From Nemertoderma westbladi (taxonomy: Eukaryota > Animalia > Xenacoelomorpha): a stretch of 64,000 bases of DNA. Shown in pieces: positions 39,543 to 53,539 of this stretch. The stretch spans positions 1 to 64,000 of the forward strand of contig JAUCBJ010004493.1 in the NCBI GenBank assembly GCA_032718475.1, read 5' to 3'. Position 1 is the first letter of the stretch. Each line of letters opens with the position of its first letter. Both the position numbers and the translations under genes were made by a program. The notes below the pieces were generated by a model, which did not search any database, was not told the origin of the DNA, and saw nothing but the letters and a program-made list of their open reading frames with translations.

Positions 39543-41512
39543 AGACACGTTCGTGGGGCCATCGCGCAGGACGAGGCTCAGTTATCAGATACAGATTAAA
39601 ATTGAGCGACTGTATCACAAAATCAGGTTTTGAGAAATTTACCCACACCACCAATCAATCAAAGAAAGGGGGACAGTACGTGTTCACGACTTTTAATCTG
39701 CACCCCAGACCCCCCCCCCCCCCCCCCCACCCTTCCCACCCACCAGTAATTTATAACTACCGATGCCTTCAACGCAGTAGGCAGTACTCGTCTTCATTAT
39801 TATAAACGTCGTTTTGCTCGTCCTGTTTTGTATTTAAACATATTTCCTAAACGCAGACTGACGGACGATCTTTATAACTACCGAAGCCTTCAATAGGCGA
39901 AGCCAGGTATGGTTTATAGGAACATAGTCTACGCAGTACTGGTCTTCAATATATGCCTCGTTGCGCTCGTCGCTCGTCCTGTTTTGCATTATAATATTTT
40001 TCCTAAACGCAGACTGACGATCTTTATACAGTTATAACTATGCGAAGTTTCGAAACTGTGCGAGTAACTGCTGATACATCTATGTGGAGATGTGTGATAC
40101 AACGCCAACGCATCGTATGCCGATGTACTGTAGTAATATGGGTATTGAAATAATATTAAATCAATGTACACTCTTAAAGCTGCAGCGAAAATATGTAGCT
40201 AATTTCCTAGGTTACATATAAAATAATAATATTATTTTTAAGAACATTAATTTTACTACTTTGCAAAAATTCAATTAAAAAATAACCAGACAAATATATT
40301 GCGGAATAAACTACTTCAGATATAAGCCTACAACAGCCATGAGTATTTATGTCATTATATCTTCTGTGACCTGAGATAGTAAGTAATACAACATTTATAG
40401 TATAGAGTCAATAGGAATTGAAATACAGGCAGTGTGGTTGGAGTTATGTCTGTGTTGCTATAGCAATACTACTGGCTGCCTATTACAGTACAATTCCCCT
40501 CTGCCCTGGTGCCAGCTAGCAGCTCTACACCCCCGCAGAGACTATGTTGACCAATAATGGAAGATTAAATTTGTACTCAATAATTGTGCCGCTTTAATTA
40601 TGTTTAGATCAATTATAGACACATTTATTAAAGCAAATCACTTGAACTTATTAAAAACTATAATGGAATGTTGTATGGGGATTACAGCTGTATAATTTTT
40701 AAGTATAATTATTTAAATCTTATACTAGAAAATAATTAATATCCTTTAAGGAGGCAGGTTGAAATTGATGTTTTTACCCTAATCAACTTAATTAACTAAT
40801 TAACTGCTATTATCTTAGCTTCTCGAAGGCCACGCGAAAATTCAACTTGGAAAATTTCTAAACTTTGGCCAGACTATATGTGTACCAAGTTTGGTTAAAT
40901 TTCATTAACATTTGGCTGAGTTATTAACGTTTAAAATTGGACACGACAGAACAACAGACGACAGAACAACAGACACACCGATTGAGTTAGTGGTACCTGT
41001 ATGCTAAGCTCGCTTACTTTCGTCGCTCGCCCCACAACAGACACACCGATTGAGTTAGTGGTACCTGTATGCTAAGCTCGCTTACTTTCGTCGCTCGCCC
41101 CACAACAGACACACCGATTGAGTTAGTGGTACCTGTATGCTAAGCTCGCTTACTTTCGTTGCTCGCCCCACAACAGACACACCGATTGAGTTAGTGGTAC
41201 CTGTATGCTAAACTCGCTTACTTTCGTCGCTCGCCCCCCAACAGACACACCGATTGAGTTAGTGGTACCTGTATGCTAAGCTCGCTTACTTTCGTCGCTC
41301 GCCCCCCAACAGACACACCGATTGAGTTAGTGGTACCTGTATGCTAAGCTCGCTTACTTTCGTCGCTCGCCCCACAACAGACACACCGATTGAGTTAGTG
41401 GTACCTGTATGCTAAGCTCGCTTACTTTCGTCGCTCGCCCCCCAACAGACACACCGATTGAGTTAGTGGTACCTGTATGCTAAGCTCGCTTACTTTCGTC
41501 GCTCGCCCCACA
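39543..41512 (+). mobile_element. HINE-like element, copy 3 (long), with its right terminus repeated 8 times
   Basis: Left end ACGTTCGTGGGGCCATCGCGCAGGACGAG; internal blocks shared with 2905-2960; core TACCAAGTTTGG at about 40884. Other fragments lie at about 20445-20580, 43290-43410 and 44370. Confidence 0.6.
40969..41512 (+). repeat. 68-bp tandem repeat, exactly 8 copies, equal to the HINE right terminus
   Basis: 544 bp = 8 x 68. The unit aligns to 3347-3410. Confidence 0.97.
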
Positions 41513-41931
41513 TGGTTGGTGGTTAACTTATACTATTAGAAACACTCACACTAATCTCATCATTTACTTATATTCTTCACTAGCTGGCGCACCGCGAAAG
41601 AAGCTGTCCAATTGTCCACGTCTTCGTTCAAGTTGCACACCAAATATTTTCTGAACAATATTATACAATATAGTTTCAGACGGTGCTACTATTACAATTA
41701 TGATTACTTGTAATATAAATCATTCCTATCCAAAGATTGATTTTAATTTTAATGCGACTTAAAGTAAAGTCTATTATTACGGCAGATGCAGTCCAGTGCC
41801 CAGTCAGTACTCCCATTAAATGAGAAATGTAACTGTATGTCAATAAGCAATGAAGATCTTTTATATCAATTGTGAATTTAATTTAGGGTATCATTTGTCA
41901 CACAGACACAATGCTTTGTACGCTGCAATTT

Positions 41932-42452
41932 TGCCGTGCAATGTAAAAATACCGCAAGTCCCAAAACGTCATTTCGAGTAAACCGCAAATTAGTGTTTGC
42001 CTTCAGATTGCTGGTTTAAAATGTCCGTAAATTACTACAGTAATTGTTTATAATCCTACGCAATTGGGGGTGGGAAATTTTTCTACATGATTATTTTTCA
42101 CTTTCCATTAATATTTCGACTTCAGGGTAATTTCTTGTACTTACGGTGTTTTTGTATTTTATACAACCTGTATGTAAATACATATTTCAAGACACATACT
42201 ATGCAATGACGACAAAACACCGCAAGTTTTGTTGACTTACGGTTTTTTTTGCATAAATTTAAGTAACTTACGGTCTTTTACCTTTGAAACACTATACATA
42301 CTTTATGTAGTGACTACGGCCTTTCTACATTGCCTATCTCGAAAACTTGATTAGATACGGTGTTCTATACCATAAGATAGAGCGCATTTTTTGACCCAGA
42401 AATAGTGAATTTTGGAAAAATGCGACTGACGGACTTTTTAAATTGAGCGGTA
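41932..42452. mobile_element. Decayed TIR element with internal GACTTACGG repeats
   Basis: Imperfect inverted ends TGCCGTGCAATGTAAAAATACCGCAAGTCCCA and the reverse complement TACCGCTCAATTTAAAAAGTCCGTCAGTCGCA. Confidence 0.5.
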
Positions 42453-42508
42453 GAACACGCGCCGCTACTAAAAGAGCAACTTATTTAGCCCGCATTGTGG
42501 ACGAGTTT

Positions 42509-42828
42509 TTACAGTTGCTACAGTTACAGTTGCTACAGTTAGCCTACAGTTGCTACAGTTAGCCTACAGTTGCTACAGTTAGCCTACAGTTGCTACAGTT
42601 AGCCTACAGTTGCTACAGTTAGCCTACAGTTGCTACAGTTAGCCTACAGTTGCTACAGTTAGCCTACAGTTGCTACAGTTAGCCTACAGTTGCTACAGTT
42701 AGCCTACAGTTGCTACAGTTAGCCTACAGTTGCTACAGTTAGCCTACAGTTGTTACAGTTAGCCTACAGTTGCTACAGTTAGCCTACAGTTGCTACAGTT
42801 AGCCTACAGTTAGCCTACAGTTGCTACA
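42509..42828 (+). repeat. 20-bp minisatellite (TTAGCCTACAGTTGCTACAG)n preceded by two 15-bp units
   Basis: Seen directly. Confidence 0.95.
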
Positions 42829-44809
42829 ACAGAAAATATAAGTGTATCTGTTAATGGAAATTACAAGTATCCAAGCCATTCCTTGAAGTGGATGCTGCAG
42901 GTGAGAATTATCTGAATAACTGTGAAACTATAATGATAAGGAAGCCCACCCGGTCTCTAAATCGTCAGTTCGCATGTCAGAAGGAAACACAAACTCTCCA
43001 GTAGAAACACTACGACGAATTTGACTTGTTCCAGAACTTAGACATTGTAATAACTACAGTAGTACTGATATAACTAATTAGCCCATTTCAAAAATGTATA
43101 TTCTGTTATTTTGAGAAATTTAATATGTAGTTTATGTGCTTCTATGCACGTTTGTATAATTCGTTTATGTTGATGAGGTTTATATTCGTATTCGTATTCT
43201 GCCACAATTTCCAATTTCCTCATTTTTAATAAAAAAATTGCCCTATTTTTAATAGGGATTTTACCCTGTCTCAAAATATTGGAACTTTTTCTCTAGTATG
43301 CCTATACAAAATTTGGTTGAAAATGGTTAAAATCATCAAAAGTTATTTACGAATGAATTATTTATTACGGACGGACCGGCGGACGTGCAGACAGACAGAC
43401 GGACAAGTTTGGTAAAAATCGGACAGACTCCCAGTCGGTACCGGTAGTTTCAGACTTTTGATAAAAACCGAAAAGTCGGCCAATCATTGCTGAAATTAAA
43501 CCAAACATGACGTGTATGCAGTCCGTCAAAAGTTTGGAAAGAATCTGAAGTTTGGTCAAAACTAAGTCAGTCTTTCAGTCGGTATCCGGTGCGGTAGTTT
43601 CAGACTTTTGATAAAGACTTTTCGACATTGCTTTTCTGTTATATAAACATATGTGCAATATGTGATGCGCACTGTTGCAATCTAGAGCTCTATTGTGCTA
43701 TATAACAAACCCATGTCAATACTAACGGCATAAATTAATGTTGAAATTTTTGAACAAATTATAATGACGACATCAAGTAATAAGAAAACATAGCGCTGAC
43801 TATTAAAAACATTGTATTATATACCGGTAGTACGTCTGTAACAGGATCTATGGTTTAACACAAACAACACTCCTCCATCTTAATCAAACAAGGTGTCTTT
43901 GTAACGTTTGTAAGGCTTTATTTGAATACATCCAACAATATAGTAACTTTAATATTTGTAAATATTGTCGTACTATTCGAAGGGCTTTCTTTGCACACGG
44001 GATTATTATTGTTACTATGTTTGCTACTTTCTTCTTAAAATTCAATTGAAAATTCTAAGAGGACAAGTTTTATTTAGTTAGCTCATAGTTAGCTAAAGTA
44101 CCAAACAAAAGTTTGACGTTTTATTCACACAAGCACACAATCTCGGAATTGATTACGTCAATTACGCTTATAATAATAACCCATTTTATCAGTAAACCAG
44201 TTGATGGGGTGGGGCGACACTCCCACGACTAGAAATAGGAATTAACTTGTGGTGAAATACATCTACTACTGTACAAACAGCGAGCGATGACATTAAATTT
44301 AATTTATAACATAATATAACTATATATAGACTTTTCGAATTCATATTACATTTACCTCAGTATAAGTATAAACAAGAAGTGTGACTTTCGCGCAGCACTA
44401 TTGTACGTGAGATTAATTTATGTTAAGTATCAATAACTCGAAAGGAATATGTTATACAAAATATGAGCAGATTTCTCCTAATCAATTTTACTCTCCAGAC
44501 CCACCCCTCGCTAAAAAATTTCATGAATTGGTTTTTGAATGCATCTACTGACTATTGTATAGCAGAATTTAATGGGGATTTCCGCAATCTGAAATGGGAT
44601 CCTCTTTTAGAAGATATCTCTTTTAGTTCTCGAGTTATCGTGGAATATTTGTCTTCAAATATGTGTTACAATTGCCAATTATCAGAAATAGAAAACGAAA
44701 ATACAAAAAGTGGGTGAAAATATGATGAAAATGAACATGCTGGTTCCAAAAATTGTGGAATCGGAAAATAAGAATTGAAAATAACGGAAGAGTAGTCTTT
44801 TTAGTGAAA

Positions 44810-45001
44810 TTTTATTAGTAAAGGAGCAGGTTTCAGAGGCGCATTGGGGGAACCAAAACAAGAAACGTTATTGTTTTGCGGGCTTCGAATACCCACGGGC
44901 TAAGAATACTCGCGGGCTAAGAATACTCGCGGGCTAAGAATACCCACGGGCTAAGAATACCCACCGGCTAAGAAGACTCGCGGGCTAAGAATTCCTGAGA
45001 C
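44810..45001 (+). mobile_element. MITE fragment: shared core motif followed by 17-bp GGGCTAAGAATACYCRC repeats
   Basis: Core at 44816-44867; about 6 repeats at 44880-44995. Confidence 0.55.
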
Positions 45002-45275
45002 CTATACCAGGTATTAGGTTAAATTGTTTGTAGATAATAATACGAAATTAGCAGGGTTTTCATTTTCAGACATTTCCCCCTCTAGAGATTTGAAAACAGA
45101 TTGTAAAACAGCAGATGTATCGGCGTCCCTACAAACACGCATCGTATAGCGCATATCTGCAAAGTATGTATTATTATCCTAAAAGGATTACAAATTTCGA
45201 AATAGGGAATGTTTTTAAGTCAGGGAACCGAAGGAGGATTTAACCTCCATACAAAGTTACAGTACATCTAATGGG

Positions 45276-46278
45276 CAGGCGTGGATCCAGGTATTTATTT
45301 CGGAGGGGGCAGGCGTGGATCCAGGTATTTATTTCGGAGGGGGCAGGCGTGGATCCAGGTATTTATTTCGGAGGGGGGCAGGCGTGGATCCAGGTATTTA
45401 TTTCGGAGGGGACAGGCGTGGATCCAGGTATTTATTTCGGAGGGGGGCAGGCGTGGATCCAGGTATTTATTTCGGAGGGGGGCAGGCGTGGATCCAGGTA
45501 TTTATTTCGGAGGGGGGCAGGCGTGGATCCAGGTATTTATTTCGGAGGGGGGCAGGCGTGGATCCAGGTATTTATTTCGGAGGGGGCTGACACCCCCTCC
45601 GAAATATTTATAGTCCCCCCCCCCCCCCCCCCCCAACCAGATACAATTAATTATTTTACACAATATAAATTGTTAATATAATAAATAGTACCGGTACTTA
45701 ATTTTTTGAATAATACCAATATTTTTTAAATAAGTAAAAAGAGTAAAAGTTATGTAACAAATTTGTCGGTAATATTTTTCTTTATTTTGTTTAATTCAAT
45801 TATTAATTTCCAAAAAATAATAGTTAACCAATAATTAACCAATTACAGCGAATTTTAATAATTAAATTAGCAATACCCGACGGGCTTGGCGACCAGCATA
45901 TTCATTAATTATCTCATCTGGTGAAAGTTAAATATCCTTGTGAATGGACAGTAAAGCCAGACCAGTTAGTCGGTGTTGTGTTCGAAACAGGTAGCGTACC
46001 AAACTAACGCAGAAGCGTCACTATTCCTGGTAAAATACAATCTTTGGCTTTCTTCACCCAAACTTTATTATCTAGTGACCATTTTTCACCATCGGGGATT
46101 TTTGATATTTTTGATTATGATACTTGGCAGCTTGGTATCTTATTATTTATATAGGTATTCAAAATTAGATATAAAATACTTTTGTTGGACCCCTTTCACA
46201 AATTTCGGGGGGGGGGGGGGGGAGGGGGTCTATAGCCCTAGCCCCCCCCCCCCCCCCCCCCCCCTGGATCCGCCCCTG
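45276..46278. mobile_element. hAT-like MITE whose left terminus (34-35 bp) is tandemly repeated 9 times (45276-45587)
   Basis: TIR CAGGCGTGGATCCAGG and CCTGGATCCGCCCCTG; exact 8-bp TSD CTAATGGG (45268-45275, 46279-46286). Confidence 0.88.
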
Positions 46279-46925
46279 CTAATGGGGTCTAGTACATATT
46301 ATCTGCTAAGATTAGCTTGAACGGAATATAAGGAAAACTGGAAGGATGTTAGTACAGAAGCTACAGAAGAAGTATTTCCACATAACGACAATGACGAATT
46401 CTAAAGCGGAAGAAAATAAATGCGAACTTTTAAGTTTTTCTGAAATATTTGATAACGAAATACTATACTATTTTATGGCTAATAAATCACTCATTCTGCT
46501 GCTAGTACTTGGAAATTAACACTATCTATCGCATGCTAAATTCCACCGCTAAGTGTCGCTTTATACTGCTACTCTTCAAACTTTGTTGAAACGAAGTCAG
46601 CAGTGCTGCTTACCCCGGAGTTGTAGGAGGGCTGCATGGTTCGGTATGCATTACCTTCTTTGGGCCCAACTTTGCCTCGATTGTAGCCACTCAGTGATCT
46701 CGCTCGCCAAATGAGCTCTGTTTTGTAGCAGCAGCCGTAGCGAACGATCTGAGGAATGCTTGGATCGCTCTAATAAACCGCAGTCGACTCTAGTTGGGGC
46801 CATTACTGCTTTATGCCCGTTATATTTTAACAATGGGAGTTCATAGTCCACCTAGCAGCGTTACGGCAATGTAGAAAGTAGATACTGGTTGATGATTTAT
46901 ATGGATTTGTGGAATTTCGGAGTTT

Positions 46926-46995
46926 ATGATGAGTTTGCAAAATATTACCAAATTTAGTTTGTTTCTCGTCAGTTTTTTGCAAGCCTGCCAATCCG
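46926..46995 (+). CDS. CSPG4: CSPG4/NG2-like gene, predicted coding exon 1 (signal peptide MMSLQNITKFSLFLVSFLQACQS)
   Basis: In-frame upstream stop, hydrophobic core and a perfect GTAAGT donor. Phase 1 joins the exon at 61987 to give ...CQS-A-SFYGNSH, as in vertebrate CSPG4 (signal peptide, then ASFFGENH). Confidence 0.72.
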
Positions 46996-47504
46996 GTAAG
47001 TAAATGATTTATATATTTATATATTGTCTATACATCGCTTACATAAATTACTTTATAATATATATAAGTTATTGTTTATTAATATTACCGGTATTACTAT
47101 TTTACTTTTCATTGTTAGGTCCAACATTTATTTGCTATTATGCGCCAACATACACACTACCTTTAACATAATTGTGTTTCAAGCTATAGTATAAGGTCAT
47201 AAACAGGCCGTAAACAATGGCTATGGTTCTGCAGGGTATAGCTGGGTTTCGGAAATGAGAGGTACCATAAATATAAAGTATTTCAGTGCATTGGGCGTAT
47301 GCAACATTGTAAACCTACAGTTGAGGGGGGGGGGGGGTGTTCAGGCAGTCCTCAGCAGTACCAGTAAGGTTAGAGACCAACAGCAGAATACGACCCGGGA
47401 ATAGAATACGTGGAAAAGTTTCACCTTCAAGGGGCTGGCTGATCCAGGATTGTTGGTTATGATGGCTAATGAGCATGTTGATCATGAAAACCATAATTTC
47501 TTAA

Positions 47505-48148
47505 ATAATTCCGTGCGACACTCATAAGTAGATCTGTGCAACACTCATCAATAGTTTCGTGCGACACTCATCAATAGTTTCGTGCGACACTCATCAATAG
47601 TTCCGTGCGACACTCATCAATAGTTCCGTGCGACACTCATCAATAGTTCCGTGCGACTCTCATAAATATAGTTCCATGCAACACTCTTAAATAGTTCCAG
47701 GCAACACTCATCAATAGTTCCATGCGACAGTCATCAATAGTTCCATGCGACTCTCATAAATATAGTTCTGTGCAACACTCTTAAATAGTTCCGGGTAACA
47801 CTAATCAATAGTTCCGTGCAACACTCATCAATAATTCTGTACAACACTCATGAATGGTTCCATGCAACACTCATCAATAGTTCCGGGCAACACTCATCAA
47901 TAGTTCCGTGCGATACTCATCAATAGTTCCAGGCAACACTCATCAATAGTTCCATGCGACAGTCATCAATAGTTCCATGCGACTCTCATAAATATAGTTC
48001 TGTGCAACACTCTTAAATAGTTCCGGGTAACACTAATCAATAGTTCCGTGCAACACTCATCAATAATTCTGTACAACACTCATCAATAGTTCCATGCAAC
48101 ACTCATCAATAGTTCTGTACAACACTCATCAATAGTTCCATGCAACAC
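47505..48148 (+). repeat. 23-bp satellite (GCAACACTCATCAATAGTTCCGT)n, block 1
   Basis: Seen directly. Confidence 0.95.
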
Positions 48149-49320
48149 TTGTTCGCGCTTTTAGACCTTTAGCAGTTTAACCTGCCAAATTTAGGTGTCT
48201 TCTAGGTTATAAATCGACTTTAGCCTATGACGAGTATTTGATACACTACATTAGCCGAAGCCAGCCTATGCGCGACCATTCACCCGCTGGATTTACCCGG
48301 GAGACTGGATTCGGAAGCTCTGACCTTATTGCGGTGTAGGCCTACTGTATTATTCGATTGATCGTTAATATATAATCTCTGACAAATATTATTCACTTTC
48401 GGGAAATATCAACAGTTCCTTTAGGACGTGGCGCTCTAAGTATGTAAACAGAGTTATGACTTACACTAAACACAACGGGATGGCTAATGATTCACGTATA
48501 AAGCGCATTCTTTAGGAGATGCTTTGTTATCTGTCACAGTCATGCACACTACCGCACAATGCTGCACACCGATCTGCCGACCTTCACTAATTTTAGTCAC
48601 ATATAAAGAGAACAGCAACTGACACATGTAGTGCCTATGAAATAGCATTAGATTCACTCCAAAACCAATATAATGTAAATCGCAATTGCTATATGTAACC
48701 GGTCTCTTACCTTCAGTATATCAAGAAGATTGGGGTTTTATGATTATTTATCGATATTATCCAAATATAACAATATTCCATCAACTGATATAATTAATAA
48801 CCGACAGTAAATAGCAGTAAAAGAATGCGGTGTTTGTATGTGATCAGGTTTGACAATATGACAATATGACAAGTGTGATAACAGTTATACGTTTCTATGA
48901 TCAAAGCCGGTCTAATGTTTGGCTAAAGTCTGAAACACAGAATAATTCCACAGCCGATGTTCTGGCATCAGGAAAAAGGTAAACATAAACCATAATGCAT
49001 TGCGCGATTTCCCGGAGGTTTCTGTACAAATAAAATGAAAATCGCTCTGATTGGTCGACCGAACAAAGAACAAGGGAAAAATTACGCGTGTACATATCAG
49101 CTGATAGATGTCGTCATCGGAACTACACTGTATCAAGAGGATTTTGGCGTATTGCGACATAAAATCGCTAGTTATGTCCGCTAAAGTACACATACAGAAG
49201 AAATGGCTTTTTATGTCCACTAAAACACCGGTACAGTAAGGAAACGGCTTTTTATGTCCGCTAAAACACCTACAGAGTACTTTGCGGGGAAAATGACTAG
49301 CTAATTCCGCAAAAGCCTTT

Positions 49321-51695
49321 ACAACACTCATCAATAGTTCCATGCAAACACATCAATAGTTCCGGGCAACACTCATCAATAGTTCAGTGTGACACTCTTC
49401 AATAGTTCCGTGCGACTCTCATAAATATAGTTCCGTGCAACACTCTTAAATAGTTCCGGGCAATACTCATCAATAATTCTGTGCAACACTCATCAATAGT
49501 TCTATGCAACACTCATCAATAGTTCCGCGCAACACACATCAATATTTCCATGCAGCACTCATCAATTGTTCCGTGCAACACACATCAATAGTTCCGTGCA
49601 ACACTCATCAATAGTTCTCTACGACACTCATAAATAATTCCGTGCGACAATCATCAATAGTTCTTCCATGCAACACTCAGCAAGAGTTCCGTGCAACACT
49701 CATAAATAATTCCGTGCGTCACTCATCAATAGTTCCATGCAACACTCAGCAATAGTTCCGTGCAACATTCATCAACAGTTTCGTGCAATACTCATCAATA
49801 GTTCTGTGCGACACTCATAAATAGCTCTGTGCAACACTCATCAATAGTTCCGTGCAACACTCATCAATAGTTATGTACGACACTCATAAATAATTCCGTG
49901 CGACACTCATCAATAGTTCCATGCAACACTCAGCAATAGTTCCGTGCAACACTCATCAACATTTTCGTGCAACACTCATCAATAGTTCTGTGCGACACTC
50001 ATAAATAGCTCTGTGCAACACTCATAAAAAGTTCCGTGCAATACTCATCAATAGTTCCGTGCAACACTCATCAATAATTGGGTGCAACACTCATCAATAG
50101 TTCCTGTGCGACACTCATCAATAGTTCCTGTGCGAAACTCATTAATAGTTAATGTGCGACACTCATCAATAGTTCCGTGCAACACTCATCAATAGTTCCG
50201 TGCAACACACATCAATAATTCTGTGCGACACTCATCAATAGTTCATGTGCGACACTCATTAACAGTTAGTGTGCGACACTCATCAATAGTTCCGTGCAAC
50301 ACTCATCAATAGTTCCATGCAACACTCATCAATAGTTCTGTGCGACACTCATAAATAGCTCTGTGCGACACTCATCAATAGTTCCTGTGCGACACTCATT
50401 AATAGTTAATGTGCGACACTCATCAATAGTTCCGTGCAACACTCATCAATAGTTCCGTGCAACACACATCAATAGTTCCGTGCAATACTCATCAATAATT
50501 CGGTGCAATACTCATCAATAGTTCCTGTGCGACACTCATCAATAGTTAATGTGCGACACTCATCAATAGTTCCGTGCAACACTCATCAATAGTTCCGTGC
50601 AACACTCATCAATAGTTCCGTGCAACACTCATCAATAGTTCCGTGCAATACTCATCAATAATTCGGTGCAACACTCATCAATAGTTCCGTGAAATACTCA
50701 TCAATAATTCGGTGCAACACTCATCAATAGTTACGTGTAACACACATCAATAGTTCCGTGCAACACTCATCAATAGTTCTGTGCGACACTCATCAATAGT
50801 TCCGTGTAACACACATAAATAGTTCCGTGCAACATACATCAATAGTTCCGTGCAACACACATCAATAGTTCCGTGCAATACTCATCAATAATTCGGTGCA
50901 ACACTCATCAATAGTTCCTGTGCGATACTCATTAATAGTTAATGTGCGACACTCATCAATAGTTCCGTGCAACACTCATCAATAGTTCCGTGCAACACTC
51001 ATCAATAGTTCCGTGCAATACTCATCAATAATTCGGTGCAACACTCATCAATAGTTCCTGTGCGACACTCATTAATAGTTAATGTGCGACACTCATCAAT
51101 AGTTCCGTGCAACACTCATCAATAGTTCCGTGCAACACTCATCAATAGTTCCGTGCAACACTCATCAATAGTTCCGTGCAATACTCATCAATAATTCGGT
51201 GCAACACTCATCAATAGTTCCGTGAAATACTCATCAATAATTCGGTGCAACACTCATCAATAGTTACGTGTAACACTCATCAATAGTTCCGTGCAACACT
51301 CATCAATAGTTCCGTGCAATACTCATCAATAATTCGGTGCAACACTCATCAATAGTTCCGTGAAATACTCATCAATAATTCGGTGCGACACTCATCAATA
51401 GTTCCGTGCAACACTCATCAATAGTTCCGTGTAACACACATCAATAGTTCCGTGCAACACTCATCAATAGTTCCGTGCAACACTCATCAATAGTTCCGTG
51501 CAACACTCATCAATAGTTCCGTGCAATACTCATCAATAATTCGGTGCAACACTCATGAATAGTTCCGTGAAATACTCATCAATAATTCGGTGCGACACTC
51601 ATCAATAGTTCCGTGCAACACTCATCAATAGTTCCGTGTAACACACATCAATAGTTCCGTGCAACACTCATCAATAGTTCCGTGCAACACTCATC
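49321..51695 (+). repeat. 23-bp satellite, block 2 (about 100 copies)
   Basis: Same unit as block 1, with higher-order duplications. Confidence 0.95.
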
Positions 51696-52822
51696 CATTT
51701 TATTTACGTGAAAGATTTTCGTGGTAAACCCGAATGATATTTTTCGTAAAGTCAAATATCACTTGAATAACATTAATTAACGCCTTTAGTATTGACGGTA
51801 ATTGGCGAGTCATATTATTAATATAATAATAATATTAATCTGTTGCATAATGGTGGATGAAACAAATGGGTAGTAGGTAGGTCGAACATCAATTCCCCAC
51901 ATGACACAAGTTTACAGTATGTTATCGTCTCTCATTATAACCCGTCGTTATCAAACCCTACCCCCCTCCCCACCCCTCCAGTACAGAACACATGACATAA
52001 CCTTAGGGTTCCATTTTCCATTATCCGATGAGCAAAAAAAAAATGCCACAGTAGGCCCTGGGGATGCAAATCATGAGTACTGGTTGCGATGTAAATTCCT
52101 TAACACAATAATTAGTATCATAGGTTGAGGGTTCCATACGATGTTCCCATTATGGAGTAGTTTTAGCCCCAAGCCAACTTCAGTGTCAGCGCGTTTTAGC
52201 AGAATTAACTGCCCTTATTCCATTATTATCGTAAAATCTGCCCCCAAATTGCCTCATAGTTTCTAGTCTATTCTGTATCCATTGCGTCAATATATCATAA
52301 ATAATTTATTATATAGTAGATAACAGTAGAAGAGGGGTAATCTATATTTTATTTTCAGATAAATATTACATTGGGTAAAGAGTTTGTATTGATGGCTGGA
52401 CCTATTATGCCTAATTTACCAAATGGAATTCCATTTGGTTACATAGACATAGGTCCACCCAACAATACAAACTATATCTAATGGTACCAGCGGTCATCTG
52501 GGGAAGAACCTACCTCTACAGAAATATTACAATCTTTACTTACTTTTTGATTTCTCAATTGAGCACCTATCATCGTAAAACGTAGGTTTATCACCGATTG
52601 TTAAAATAGAACACTTAGTTTTTATCGCCTATAATTACGACATTTACTGTCGGTTTTGCTTTTAGTGAACTATTTATTACCTTTCTAAGGTGCCTTCCGT
52701 GGATAATAAATGATTATAGTCGGTCCACTGCGATGTTGGTTGAGTTCTCCGGCGAAACAGGCGGGTACATCATCCCGGGTGCGTGGCTTTGCCAACCTAT
52801 GTGTGCCTCCTTGCTGCAGATA

Positions 52823-52850
<28 letters not shown>

Positions 52851-52853
<3 letters not shown>

Positions 52854-53069
52854 ACTAGACGCAATAGAATTTCATCCCTCTCCGGGGGAAAATCGACGCA
52901 AATAACAGCTGATTGCTCTCAAAAATAAAGCTGTAACCTGTTCTATTGTGTTTAGTTTATTGTTTTGGTTAAAATAACGTTCCACTGTAACCTGCTCCTT
53001 TCCCTAAATTGAGAATTTAACATTGAGGCGGGATATTAATTCGCCAAGGCGGGTTTTGCGTCCAGTTCC
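52851..53069 (-). mobile_element. MITE (TIR GGAACT(A/G)GACGCAA) carrying the shared core motif
   Basis: Inverted ends; homologous to the interrupted copy at about 24635-26240. Confidence 0.75.
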
Positions 53070-53539
53070 GTCTCTGTACTGTCTCCCTTGCTGGGTGAGC
53101 CAGAATATTTGTTTTCACTTTCATTCTTTAGCTACAAGCGGTCCCTGACGATATTTCTCCAGTTACACCGCACGTATTCTTCAACCACATAGTGAATTGT
53201 TAGTTCTGTTAGAAAGCTGTCCGTGTAAGGATTCCAAATATGTAATACAAACTGAAATTCGTCATAAAATAGCTGAGATATGAGCGTTAGAAAGCTACAT
53301 GGCCTTACATCTGCGCAAGGCAATTATTGTATTATTGTATGTAAAGTACTAATTTAATTAGGAATACAATTACAAAATCATAGAATATTTATTTTCAAAA
53401 TCCTCTCCACTCCTTATTAACCTCGCTGGTATAAATTATCAAGAGAGTAATCAAAAACTTTTCATTTTCTTCATTTCATTTCATTTTTTCATTCATTTCG
53501 TCAATAATACCTTCCCAACCCATTTAATATATCATTTAT

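Noticed and set aside
21640-51695. CRISPR-like appearance of the 23-, 35-, 39- and 68-bp arrays
   Set aside because: Units are contiguous with no unique spacers, there are no cas genes, and the context is eukaryotic.
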